From IMG/VR virus record IMGVR_UViG_3300002144_000620, positions 1 through 64,000 of that record: DNA of 64,000 nucleotides, one strand, 5' to 3'. Positions 1 through 9,324 of this stretch are shown here, one piece after another. A program made the translations under genes and the position numbers. The notes under the pieces are model-generated. The model saw nothing but the letters and a program-made list of their open reading frames with translations. It ran no database searches and had not been told where the DNA came from. The stretch is from a virus. Position 1 is the first letter of the stretch, and every line of letters starts with the position of its first letter.

Positions 1-1731
1 GGTAATAATGGTGGTAACGGTCTTAATAGAGTAAGTGGTGTTTCAGGTACTTCAGGGTCTAATGGATCTAACGGTGTTAATGGTAATGCTGGTAACAAAG
101 GCGTTTCAGCACTTTCTGGGTCTAGTGGGACATCAGGTTCGTCTGGTATTGCTGGTGCTATAGGTTCTTCAACTGTTAGCGGATCTTCAGGTTCATCAGG
201 TTCTAACGGTACTTCAGGTAATAACGGTGCTGCTGGTCTTAGTAGAGTAAGTGGTGTTTCAGGTTCGACTGGTACAAATGGATCTAATGGTGTTGCGGGT
301 AACTCGGGTAATTCTGGTTTATCAGGTGTTTCGGGATCAACTGGATCTTCAGGTTCTAATGGCGCTAATGGTAATAATGGTGCTAAGGGTGTTTCAGGGG
401 TAAGTGGTACTACTGGTTCTAACGGTTCTAATGGTAATAGTGGTATTGCTGGTAATAGTGGTGCTTCAGCACTTTCTGGATCTTCTGGTACTTCTGGATC
501 TTCAGGTAATAACGGTGGTAATGGTGCTAGTAGAGTAAGTGGTGTTTCAGGTTCGACTGGTACAAATGGTTCTAATGGTGTAACTGGAAATAATGGTAAT
601 AATGGTCTATCTGGTAACTCTGGTATTTCAGGTTTATCAGGTTCATCAGGTTCTAATGGTTCTTCAGGTAATAATGGTGGTAACGGTGCTAATAGAGTTA
701 GTGGTGTTTCAGGTACTTCAGGATCAAATGGATCTAACGGTGTTAATGGTAATGCAGGTAATAAAGGTGTTTCGGCATTAAGTGGTACCTCTGGATCTAA
801 CGGGTCTTCAGGTAATAACGGTGTTGCTGGAGCTAATAGAGTTTCTGCACTAAGTGGATCTTCAGGTTCATCAGGTACAGCTGGTTCTTCAGGTAATAAT
901 GGTGCTAATGGTCTTAGTAGAGTAAGTGGCGTATCTGGATCTTCAGGGTCTAATGGATCTAACGGTGTTAATGGTAATGCTGGTAACAAAGGTGTTTCGG
1001 GTGTGAGTGGTACTTCAGGATCAAATGGATCTAACGGTGTTAATGGTAATGCTGGTAACAAAGGTGTTTCGGGTGTGAGTGGTACTTCTGGATCTAACGG
1101 TGCTAATGGTAATAATGGTAACAGCGGTGTAAACGGTAATAGTGGTACATCGGGTAATGCAGGTGCTTCGGGTAACAACGGTGCTAACGGTAACTCAGGT
1201 AGAAACGGTACGAATGGTACGAATGGAGTTGCTGGTAACAGTGGTACATCGATAAATGGTACTTCTGGGATAAGTGGTGGTGTTTTTGCTACACCACTTA
1301 ATGCTTTTGTAAGAACTGTTAGTGCTAATCAGGTACAGAGTATTGATTATATGTATGTTAATACAGCTCAACAACGTGTTGGTATTAGAAATCCAACACC
1401 GAATTACACTTTAGATGTTACTGGTGATATATTTGCTAGTGGTAATATTATTGCTTTTTCAGATGAAAGAGTTAAGGATAATATCGTAACTATTTCTGAC
1501 GCACTTAATAAGGTTAGAAATTTAAGAGGTGTTAATTATACTAGAATCGAGGATGCGGATAAATCGTTAAGAATGGGTGTTATAGCACAGGAAGTTCAGA
1601 AAGTTATTCCTGAGGTTGTTGAGACACTTGAAAGTAACGGGTATTTAGCTGTAGCTTATGCTAATATGGTTGGTTTGTTAATTGAGGCAATAAAAGACCT
1701 AGACAAACAAGTTCAAGAATTAAAAAAATAA
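1..1731 (+). CDS. Long Gly-X-Y repeat fibre protein with C-terminal peptidase S74-type intramolecular chaperone (5' truncated by window edge)
   Basis: Frame 1 is open from base 1 (GNN GGN GLN RVS GVS GTS...) to TAA at 1731, so the ORF-track start at 1003 is internal. C-terminus has SDERVKDNI...LRGVNY...GVIAQEV...LLIEAIKDL, typical of S74 tail-fibre chaperones. Confidence 0.85.
   Translation, partial: GNNGGNGLNRVSGVSGTSGSNGSNGVNGNAGNKGVSALSGSSGTSGSSGIAGAIGSSTVSGSSGSSGSNGTSGNNGAAGLSRVSGVSGSTGTNGSNGVAGNSGNSGLSGVSGSTGSSGSNGANGNNGAKGVSGVSGTTGSNGSNGNSGIAGNSGASALSGSSGTSGSSGNNGGNGASRVSGVSGSTGTNGSNGVTGNNGNNGLSGNSGISGLSGSSGSNGSSGNNGGNGANRVSGVSGTSGSNGSNGVNGNAGNKGVSALSGTSGSNGSSGNNGVAGANRVSALSGSSGSSGTAGSSGNNGANGLSRVSGVSGSSGSNGSNGVNGNAGNKGVSGVSGTSGSNGSNGVNGNAGNKGVSGVSGTSGSNGANGNNGNSGVNGNSGTSGNAGASGNNGANGNSGRNGTNGTNGVAGNSGTSINGTSGISGGVFATPLNAFVRTVSANQVQSIDYMYVNTAQQRVGIRNPTPNYTLDVTGDIFASGNIIAFSDERVKDNIVTISDALNKVRNLRGVNYTRIEDADKSLRMGVIAQEVQKVIPEVVETLESNGYLAVAYANMVGLLIEAIKDLDKQVQELKK
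952..1088 (+). repeat. 72-bp-period tandem duplication inside the Gly-X-Y fibre gene
   Basis: aatggatctaacggtgttaatggtaatgctggtaacaaaggtgtttcgggtgtgagtggtacttc occurs at 952-1016 and 1024-1088. Related copies occur near 61 and 727. Confidence 0.85.
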
Positions 1732-1740
1732 CATAAAAAT

Positions 1741-1766
1741 AAAAGGGCTGATAAGGCCCTTTTTTA
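1741..1766. terminator. Bidirectional intrinsic terminator between convergent genes
   Basis: aaaagggc-tgataag-gccctttttt hairpin with A-tract and T-tract flanks. Confidence 0.7.
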
Positions 1767-2597
1767 TTTCTTTAAACTTAATAAAGATCTTAACGCATTG
1801 TTTTTTAGCGTTTGCTTGTCCACTACGATGTTTTCATCTATAAAATGATACTTTATGTTACCTAGAGAAGAAATGATCTCTAAGGCGATATTTAAGGCTT
1901 GTTTTGTGTATTTAAAACTAACATATTCACTACTTGAGTGCATATTGTAATATCCGACAGAATAATTGATACAAGAGAAGTCGTGAAAAGATCCTAGAAT
2001 ACTAACGTCAGTGTATGGGTGTCTACCTAGTTCGTAGTCGCCCATGTAATCTTCAAGGATTGGTTGAATTGTTTTGTAAAAATCACCAAATTCGTCAAAT
2101 AATTTAACACCGTTACAGTAATGTGTAACCCAATCAGATTCTGGTGCATCAAATTGTAATGTATATCCAACATTTTTAAAGAATGTTTCGTCTGAAAGTA
2201 TCGACCCAAAACACCCGTATTCTTCTGACACAAAAAAAACAACTTTAAGTACGTCAACACTTTCAAGTAATTCTAAACAAACGTAAACACCTGCTTTATT
2301 ATCGCCACCACAACCAGTCTTTTTTTTAGTACCTTTTTCGATGGCATATAAAAAATCGTCATTGTTATTATCTTCAATAATTTCCATATCAACTATCCCG
2401 TGAACTGAATCCGTATGTGCTACAACACATGGGTAGTTATCAGCAGTACCTTTCGTTACATATATGTTACCATATTGATCAATAACATATTTTAATTTAC
2501 TCTTACCGAGATATTTTACTATTTTAGCAATAAGATATTGTTCTTGACCACAGTATGTTGGTGTTGATAGTATATCTTTTAATTTTTCTTTACTCAT
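1764..2597 (-). CDS. M20/M28-type zinc metallopeptidase/hydrolase
   Basis: Metal-ligand motifs AHTDSV, GGDNKAG, SEEYG, FDAP and NMHS. Confidence 0.75.
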   Translation of the reverse strand: MSKEKLKDILSTPTYCGQEQYLIAKIVKYLGKSKLKYVIDQYGNIYVTKGTADNYPCVVAHTDSVHGIVDMEIIEDNNNDDFLYAIEKGTKKKTGCGGDNKAGVYVCLELLESVDVLKVVFFVSEEYGCFGSILSDETFFKNVGYTLQFDAPESDWVTHYCNGVKLFDEFGDFYKTIQPILEDYMGDYELGRHPYTDVSILGSFHDFSCINYSVGYYNMHSSSEYVSFKYTKQALNIALEIISSLGNIKYHFIDENIVVDKQTLKNNALRSLLSLKK

Positions 2598-2606
2598 TGG
2601 GTTTTT

Positions 2607-3866
2607 TTAGAAGAATTTACCAAATAGTCTTTTGGTTTCTTTTTTAACTGGTTCGATTGTTTTGTTTTTTCTGGATAGTGCTTTATCAACACTTTCTATT
2701 ACCTGATCAATAGTTATTGTTTTACTACACTCAAAGTGTCTATCGGTATCTTTGTGATCTGGGCACCATTCCCAATCACCTGGATTTAACCATTCTCTAT
2801 TAAAACAACCATTACAAGTATTTTCATTAGGTGTAAACACTCTTTCACAATCATTAAATTCTGATAAAGGTTTACTAAAACCAGATATTAAAACTGTGGG
2901 TGTTCCGATGGCCCATGATATCCAACTAAGACCACTACCTAAACCAATAAAGGCGTCAGCGTGTTTTATATCAATCATACGGTCATTTAAGTCTATGTGT
3001 CCACCAGTTTTATCAATCACACCTGTTAAAGTACCACCTAATTTAGAATCGTGCCAAGGGTCATTTAATTTTTCTGACGTAATCATAACTACTTTATAAC
3101 CTTTATCATTTAAATAATCAACAACTTTTTGCCACCCACCTGGTGTGTTCCAGTATTTAGCGTGAGCTGATGCGTGTGGTGCTATAACAACGTATTTACC
3201 ATCAAACCTACTAGGTTCATCAGGTACGCTTACAATAGGTTTTATCTCTTCATAATCTAACCCTAAGATGGAGCTAGATGTTTGTTGTAAAGGGAATTTT
3301 TTAAAATCTATGGGTATCTTTGTTGTAACAACTTTTTTATCATCATAAAACCAACCTATGTTATACATAGCGTATAGATTTTCAACAGGGGTACCTGGTT
3401 TGACAAATTTAATATTAGGGTATTTTGATTCAAACCAATCATTGTGGAAAGTAGAGCAAATCATTTCACAGTTATGTTTTTTCTGGAACTCATCAATATA
3501 TGGGAACCAAGCTAATGTGTCACCAACAGCTGAACTACCCATGTGTATGTAAACTCTTTTATTTTCAGCATTATAGTTATGTTCAAACACAATTTCATTT
3601 ATACTAAGATCGTAAATCTTAATGTTCCAATCAACAAAATACTCTAACGAACTTTTTGTCCACATGTTATTTGTTATTTCAGAACTGTGATGTATCTTAC
3701 CAGTTCTATTATCTGTAAATACAACTTTATATTTACCCTCTAACGGACCCTTTATTTCGCAAAAGGGTCCATTTGTGAAATGTGTTATAAATGAGTTGGT
3801 TGGTTCTTTATAACCTTTTCTTAAAATTTCTGTGTTATTGTACTCTTTAATTAATATTTCCTTCAT
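2607..3866 (-). CDS. TibC/Aah-like (autotransporter strand-loop-strand) O-heptosyltransferase, GT9-related
   Basis: SAVGDTLAWFPY, AKYWNTPGGW, FIGLGSGLSWISWAIG and ISGFS motifs, plus Cys cluster CNGCFN...WCPDHK...FECSKTIT matching the iron-finger region of TibC/Aah. Confidence 0.8.
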   Translation of the reverse strand: MKEILIKEYNNTEILRKGYKEPTNSFITHFTNGPFCEIKGPLEGKYKVVFTDNRTGKIHHSSEITNNMWTKSSLEYFVDWNIKIYDLSINEIVFEHNYNAENKRVYIHMGSSAVGDTLAWFPYIDEFQKKHNCEMICSTFHNDWFESKYPNIKFVKPGTPVENLYAMYNIGWFYDDKKVVTTKIPIDFKKFPLQQTSSSILGLDYEEIKPIVSVPDEPSRFDGKYVVIAPHASAHAKYWNTPGGWQKVVDYLNDKGYKVVMITSEKLNDPWHDSKLGGTLTGVIDKTGGHIDLNDRMIDIKHADAFIGLGSGLSWISWAIGTPTVLISGFSKPLSEFNDCERVFTPNENTCNGCFNREWLNPGDWEWCPDHKDTDRHFECSKTITIDQVIESVDKALSRKNKTIEPVKKETKRLFGKFF

Positions 3867-5484
3867 ATTTCTTATAAATAAAATTGTTTATGATTAATAG
3901 GTCAACAACATCATTATCTAGATGTGTAAACGCTTCGTTTGGATGACATACTATTGGTTCACCGTGTACGTTAAACGATGTGTTTAAAAGCACGGGTACT
4001 TGGGTTATCTTATTATATTCATCCAGTATCTTATGGAAAGTTGGGTTACTATCCTTAGTCACTATTTGTATCCTAGCTGTTTTATCAACTGGATGCACTA
4101 CCGTTGGTATCCTATCAACCCATTCAGGTTTGGTATCGTATAGCATTGTCATAAACTCAGCTGTGTATCTTGATTTAGTTACCTCAAATATATCACTAGC
4201 ATATTCACTCATAACAGCAGGTGCAAATGGCATAAAATCATTTCTTTGTAACTTATTATTGATTTTATCATATGTATCTGGGTTAGTTACCTCACCTATT
4301 ATACTTCTATTACCTAGTGCTCGTGGTCCGTGTTCGTATCTACCATTAAAAACACCTATGATTTTACCTTCGGATAAATATTTAGCGGCTATTTCTGGTG
4401 TGAATAACTCTCTACTGAATTTATTCATATCCCAATACCCCTCACCAACCTCTTGATCAGTAAAACTGGTACCTAAGTACATATCACTTAACTTAAAAGG
4501 TTTAAATTCAGGTGTGTTAATTTTATGTGTCATTATGGCACAACCTAAAGCACAACCTTCGTCACCCATTGGGGGTGCCACAAACATTTCGTCAACCCAA
4601 TATAATTCATTTAATACTTTATTAAGTTTTACGTTAGCAAAAATACCTCCAGCTACTGCTAGTTTTTTAATGTTTGGGTACCTGTTGTGTAGGTTGTTTA
4701 CTATAGTTAAAACCTTTTCTTCAAAAAATTTCTGTCCAGTATAAGCTATATCGGACTTGTCACCAAAATATACTTTTGAACCTAATTCTTTGTAATAAGC
4801 TGTATAGAAGTCTAAATAAAGTTTACCTAAAATCACATCGTCACTATCTTTTTTATTATCGTCATCGGTATGTATATCAATGACTTTAAAAGCTTCGTTT
4901 AATGCGTGATATGTTATTACGTCATGATTACCGTGAGCCGCCATACCAACAACCTTACCTTCGTCTTTAAGTCGTTTAAAACCTAAAAACTCGGTTATTA
5001 ATGAATATAGATGTCCGAATGATTTTTTCTCGATATCTATACCGTCAATAAAATTTAAATTACCCTCGCTACCAACAAAGTATTTAGCACTGTACTCACC
5101 ACCGCTAGCATCCATTGTTACAACTAACGTATCGTCTTGGAAATTACTCATATAATAAGCTGTTGCTGCATGAGAATCGTGATGGTCAATAAAAACAAAT
5201 TTTTCATCAGGAAATTCACCTAAGTTCATTTCCTCCCAAAACGATTTAACCTCTTTTTTGGGGTAATAACTAGTAATATAATCAAGTGAGTTTAAATCTA
5301 AACCAAACTTGTTAATAGCTATGTTTATTGAATCCATTGGGTATCTAAAATACCCGTCATAGAAATCTTGATATACCTTTACCCTTACGTGTCTTTCTTC
5401 TTCTAAGGAGAACACAATGTTACCATCCTCAACTAAGGATATACCGCAACAATGTTCACCAAATGACATTCCTAATATTTTCAT
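3847..5484 (-). CDS. O-carbamoyltransferase, NodU/CmcH/TobZ family
   Basis: EEERH, HHDSHAATAY, DASG, EGKVVGMAAHG, AGGIFANVKLN, GPRALGNRSI and LNTSFN motifs. Confidence 0.9.
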   Translation of the reverse strand: MKILGMSFGEHCCGISLVEDGNIVFSLEEERHVRVKVYQDFYDGYFRYPMDSINIAINKFGLDLNSLDYITSYYPKKEVKSFWEEMNLGEFPDEKFVFIDHHDSHAATAYYMSNFQDDTLVVTMDASGGEYSAKYFVGSEGNLNFIDGIDIEKKSFGHLYSLITEFLGFKRLKDEGKVVGMAAHGNHDVITYHALNEAFKVIDIHTDDDNKKDSDDVILGKLYLDFYTAYYKELGSKVYFGDKSDIAYTGQKFFEEKVLTIVNNLHNRYPNIKKLAVAGGIFANVKLNKVLNELYWVDEMFVAPPMGDEGCALGCAIMTHKINTPEFKPFKLSDMYLGTSFTDQEVGEGYWDMNKFSRELFTPEIAAKYLSEGKIIGVFNGRYEHGPRALGNRSIIGEVTNPDTYDKINNKLQRNDFMPFAPAVMSEYASDIFEVTKSRYTAEFMTMLYDTKPEWVDRIPTVVHPVDKTARIQIVTKDSNPTFHKILDEYNKITQVPVLLNTSFNVHGEPIVCHPNEAFTHLDNDVVDLLIINNFIYKKYEGNIN

Positions 5485-6431
5485 TAAATTGATAATGGTT
5501 TTTGATAAACTTTTAATAATTCTACTGATCTATTGTACCAGGATAGTGATTTAGCATGATTTATAGCCTTTGTTCGGTAATTATCGTAATCACTGATAAT
5601 ATCATCCAAACCATTAACTAAAGCTAAAACATTTCTATTAGCTCTCCACATACCACTAAAATCCGTCTCCATCTCAATCCAACCATTAATAGGTAGACCG
5701 CATGCAGCAGCTTCTAATATAGTTAGATTAGGGTGACCAGCCTCTAACTCAGATGGGTGCATAAATATTGTATGTCTTTGATATAAATCTAATAACCCAT
5801 CCTGATTAGGTTCCCACTCTAAATTTAATTTAGGGTAACCGTAAACCCATGGGTTTTCTTTTAAGAAGTTTTCATTATTTCTTGGCCCAGCTATTGTAAT
5901 TGGTAAGTTTTTGGCCATAGCAGCTTTAATAGCGAATCCAAACCCTTTTCTATCGTAACCATCCATACCAGCCATACCGTTATTCGCTAAGCAAAGTAAT
6001 CTATGTTCTTTAGGTGTTTCCGATGGTTTAAAAAAGTCTGTGTTAACACCATGTGAGAAATAAACTGCTTTAGGTGTATTGAAGTATGGTACTAAAAATC
6101 TACCTGGCATTAGAGATACTTCAGAGTTCTCAATGGCTAATAAATTTTGTTTAAATACCTGAGAATCTTTACCATAGTAATATGCGTGATGATCATGTAG
6201 TTGGTATATGTATTTAACACCTCTTTCATGTAGGAAAATAGCTAGGTTAGCCATATGTACGTGTACTACATCGTAATCACCTGGTTTTATCTCATTAGCA
6301 TACTTTATATCAACAGTATGACCTAATTTTCTTAAGTTTTGGGTAAACTCCCAAACTATTTTTTCTACAGCACCCCAACTTGGTGGTGGTACTGGTATCC
6401 CGCATCCAGGGTGTACTTGACATATTTTCAT
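5484..6431 (-). CDS. Glycosyltransferase family 4 (GT-B)
   Basis: PPPSWGAVEK N-terminus, HGVNTDFF, RKG, and HPSELEAGHPNLTILEAAACGLP (EX7E-like motif). Confidence 0.85.
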   Translation of the reverse strand: MKICQVHPGCGIPVPPPSWGAVEKIVWEFTQNLRKLGHTVDIKYANEIKPGDYDVVHVHMANLAIFLHERGVKYIYQLHDHHAYYYGKDSQVFKQNLLAIENSEVSLMPGRFLVPYFNTPKAVYFSHGVNTDFFKPSETPKEHRLLCLANNGMAGMDGYDRKGFGFAIKAAMAKNLPITIAGPRNNENFLKENPWVYGYPKLNLEWEPNQDGLLDLYQRHTIFMHPSELEAGHPNLTILEAAACGLPINGWIEMETDFSGMWRANRNVLALVNGLDDIISDYDNYRTKAINHAKSLSWYNRSVELLKVYQKPLSI

Positions 6432-6461
6432 ATTATTACTATATTCTTTTACTTATGTAAA

Positions 6462-9209
6462 TTATCCCGCAAAAATTTGTGGATAATCATTGTCTTTGCT
6501 TTTATCCTTTTTATCAACAATTGAATAACCTGGTAGGTGTTTAGTATAAACTTTATCAGCCATTGCACCGTGTAATCCAGCAACCTTAGTCATCCAAAGA
6601 TCAAAAGCTTCCCATTTGCATGTCTCAAACTTACTAACAAAGTTAGGTAATTTTTCTCTATTAATCAAATAAGATTGGGCTGGTGCAAAAATACTTAGGT
6701 TTAAAAGTAAATCTTCTCTTTGACCACTATATCTTTCCGCACAGTAATTACCAAAACCAACCATATCAATATTCTCTTCTTTAGCTAATTTTGACCATCT
6801 AATTAAATTATCGTACAACTCATCATATGGGGAATCTATAATAACATCACCCTCAAACACCAAAATAAAATCAAATTCATTGTTGCTTTCCATGGTTATA
6901 CCATTTTTATGTGCTAAGAAGCACCCGTAATGACCTGGGGATAATTTAAAGTAACCTGGTTCCATCGCAACGTCTTTAGGTCTGTGGCACGTATCTAATG
7001 GGGGTAATTCCTTGTATATAACATTTACCTTTTCATAGTACTCGATATTATCGAAATCACTAGCAAAATCTTTTAATGATTTAGATGAAATTAACTCTTT
7101 AGGATTTGTATCTGGTTCCGTAACTAAATGAACTATTCTAATCTTAGGTTTTTTATTACCAGATATAATTTTAACCTCATCAATTTTATTATGTGTGAAT
7201 TTACCGTTATTAGGTAATATATTGATTAGATAGTTATTATCAACTATTATAGTTTTATTTTCTATCAATTTGTTGGAATGCATATCAAAACTAGTGTACT
7301 CGATTGAGTATTTACTGTTTTCAGATAGGTTGTATTCGACAAGTTGGTATGAACTACATTTACCAGAAACTGATACATCATAGTTTTTTATTAAATCACC
7401 ATCTTTATTTATTTTAATATTAACTATACGACTATCAACTGAATTGGATATTTGTAGATATACTACAAATGTGTTCGGTATGTTACTAGGTAATATAGTA
7501 AAATATTCTACCATAGAATAATCTTTGTGTGTTAAATTAGTATTAACATCGGCAATAAAATTATTTTCTGGCACTAATTCAATTTGATCTAACTTATCTT
7601 TAAAAGCAAAATACATTAAATTCTCGTAACCGTTGCTAAATGAACCCCATTTTAGTCTTAAATTTTCATAATCGTTAGCAGAATTAATTCTATCAACGGT
7701 GTCTAAATAAAATTCTGGACGAATTCCCATAAAGTATGTTACAACCGAGTGACCCTCGGCATTGTCTGGCATATCACCAAAATAAGCTGACTTACTGTTT
7801 AGTTTTTGTGATATATTATTTAAATATTCTGTATTAGGGTTTAATATATAATCATAATTTAAAAAATATACTTTGCTAATACCTAATTCTTTAGCTAAGG
7901 CAGCTCCATTATAATAATTAGTGTAACATGTTGGTCCGTGATATATGTCATTACCTTCACCTCTTAAATTAACAAAAGAATGGAAATCACCTTCACTATA
8001 CCTACTTTGAGAATAAAAAGTGTGTTTAGTTAAAATATTATTTTTATCATACACAAAATAATCAACCAATTCTTGTAATTCAGTTGATATTGGTAAGTGT
8101 GATGTTAATATAACTTTTCTACCAGTGGCTTTAGCTGACATAATACACTCTATGGTTGTATCGTAAGCACTCTTTGTTTTTGGATAGGTTGATATTATAA
8201 TAGCTTCATTACTAGGGTCAATAACCTCATTAATAGTTGTTGCAGGGGTTTTGTTTAGGGTTTCACTTATTAATTCACAATTTTTATCAAAATTAGTGAA
8301 GTCTAGGTAACCAATATTTTCAAATTTATCAAAATAATCTAAATAAACACCTAAGTTGTAGATTAATATTGGTAGGTTCCATGAAATAGCCTCACGAATA
8401 ACTAGTGGCATTGTTTCTTTATCGTTATTTGAACCTCTTGATGTAAATAAGAATAGGTCCATGGCTCCATAAAAACGTTCTACATCATTTCTTTCACCAT
8501 GCCATATAACATTTTTTGGTTTATTGATCATTAAAGGTTCCCAGTAATAAGCGAAATTACCCGATTGGTTACCAACAGTGTGGAAAACGTGATCTGGTAA
8601 ACTCCTAGCGTATTCAAAAAACTCAGCCTGATTTTTTCTAGGTGTAAATAAACCAACGTGTAGAATATGTTTTTTTGTTGGGTCTAAACCTAAGTCAATT
8701 AAAGATTTTTCTCTATTGGGTCTATTTTGGTATTCGATTGGGTATTCTACCAGTACTTTAGGTATTTCATTTATACTTTCAAATAATTTTATTTGCCAAT
8801 CAGATACAAACATAAATTTATCTGGAAAGAATTTTTTTTGTGTTGCATCGTATGATGAATCGTGTGATGTTTCGACAATTACGTAATTTCTATCGTCTTT
8901 GTAAAGATTTTTTGCGACATTAAAATCCATGAAATACTCTGGTATTTCTTCTAAGTGTACAATATCTGGTTTAACTCTATTAACAATATCAATGAGTTCC
9001 ATTTTATTCTCGTGTAGTGTGAAAAATCTATCAGGATCAACCATAGATGTTATCCTGTCACGCTGCACCACTAACACGCCTCCAGTATGATTTGACCATT
9101 CTATTACATAGATCTCAAACGTATCCTTAAGTAATTCTATTTTTTTCGTTAGATACTGCGGTAAACCACCTGTAGATAGGTGCGGTGCGATATATAATAA
9201 TTTCTTCAT
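6462..9209 (-). CDS. Multidomain glycosyltransferase: N-terminal GT4, central unknown domain, C-terminal GT25-like domain
   Basis: N-terminal HLSTGGLPQY, VGLFTPRKNQ and ETMPLVIREA. C-terminal GHYGCFLAH, ILVFEGDV and AQSYLIN. Confidence 0.75.
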   Translation of the reverse strand: MKKLLYIAPHLSTGGLPQYLTKKIELLKDTFEIYVIEWSNHTGGVLVVQRDRITSMVDPDRFFTLHENKMELIDIVNRVKPDIVHLEEIPEYFMDFNVAKNLYKDDRNYVIVETSHDSSYDATQKKFFPDKFMFVSDWQIKLFESINEIPKVLVEYPIEYQNRPNREKSLIDLGLDPTKKHILHVGLFTPRKNQAEFFEYARSLPDHVFHTVGNQSGNFAYYWEPLMINKPKNVIWHGERNDVERFYGAMDLFLFTSRGSNNDKETMPLVIREAISWNLPILIYNLGVYLDYFDKFENIGYLDFTNFDKNCELISETLNKTPATTINEVIDPSNEAIIISTYPKTKSAYDTTIECIMSAKATGRKVILTSHLPISTELQELVDYFVYDKNNILTKHTFYSQSRYSEGDFHSFVNLRGEGNDIYHGPTCYTNYYNGAALAKELGISKVYFLNYDYILNPNTEYLNNISQKLNSKSAYFGDMPDNAEGHSVVTYFMGIRPEFYLDTVDRINSANDYENLRLKWGSFSNGYENLMYFAFKDKLDQIELVPENNFIADVNTNLTHKDYSMVEYFTILPSNIPNTFVVYLQISNSVDSRIVNIKINKDGDLIKNYDVSVSGKCSSYQLVEYNLSENSKYSIEYTSFDMHSNKLIENKTIIVDNNYLINILPNNGKFTHNKIDEVKIISGNKKPKIRIVHLVTEPDTNPKELISSKSLKDFASDFDNIEYYEKVNVIYKELPPLDTCHRPKDVAMEPGYFKLSPGHYGCFLAHKNGITMESNNEFDFILVFEGDVIIDSPYDELYDNLIRWSKLAKEENIDMVGFGNYCAERYSGQREDLLLNLSIFAPAQSYLINREKLPNFVSKFETCKWEAFDLWMTKVAGLHGAMADKVYTKHLPGYSIVDKKDKSKDNDYPQIFAG

Positions 9210-9230
9210 AATGTAACTATATTGTTGTTA

Positions 9231-9238
9231 CAAATATA
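9231..9238 (-). promoter_or_regulatory. Bacteroidota-type -7 promoter element (TATATTTG) upstream of the glycosylation operon
   Basis: Minus strand reads TATATTTG about 22 nt upstream of the 9209 start and just downstream of the capsid terminator. The -33 element is imperfectly spaced. Confidence 0.45.
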
Positions 9239-9262
9239 AACATATTATTATGGAATATAAAC

Positions 9263-9293
9263 AAAAAAGGGTGAGAAAATTTTCCCACCCTTT
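9263..9293 (-). terminator. Intrinsic terminator after the major capsid gene
   Basis: Minus strand aaagggtgggaaaattttctcacccttttttg. Confidence 0.75.
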
Positions 9294-9324
9294 AATTATT
9301 TGGTATAAAACCCTAGATAAAATA

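Noticed and set aside
593-781. 62-aa plus-strand ORF
   Set aside because: It is an alternate-frame shadow of the Gly-X-Y repeat gene.
1-1280. Ice-nucleation protein or PE-PGRS
   Set aside because: It lacks the AGYGST 16-mer periodicity and the PE domain, and the S74 chaperone indicates a phage fibre.
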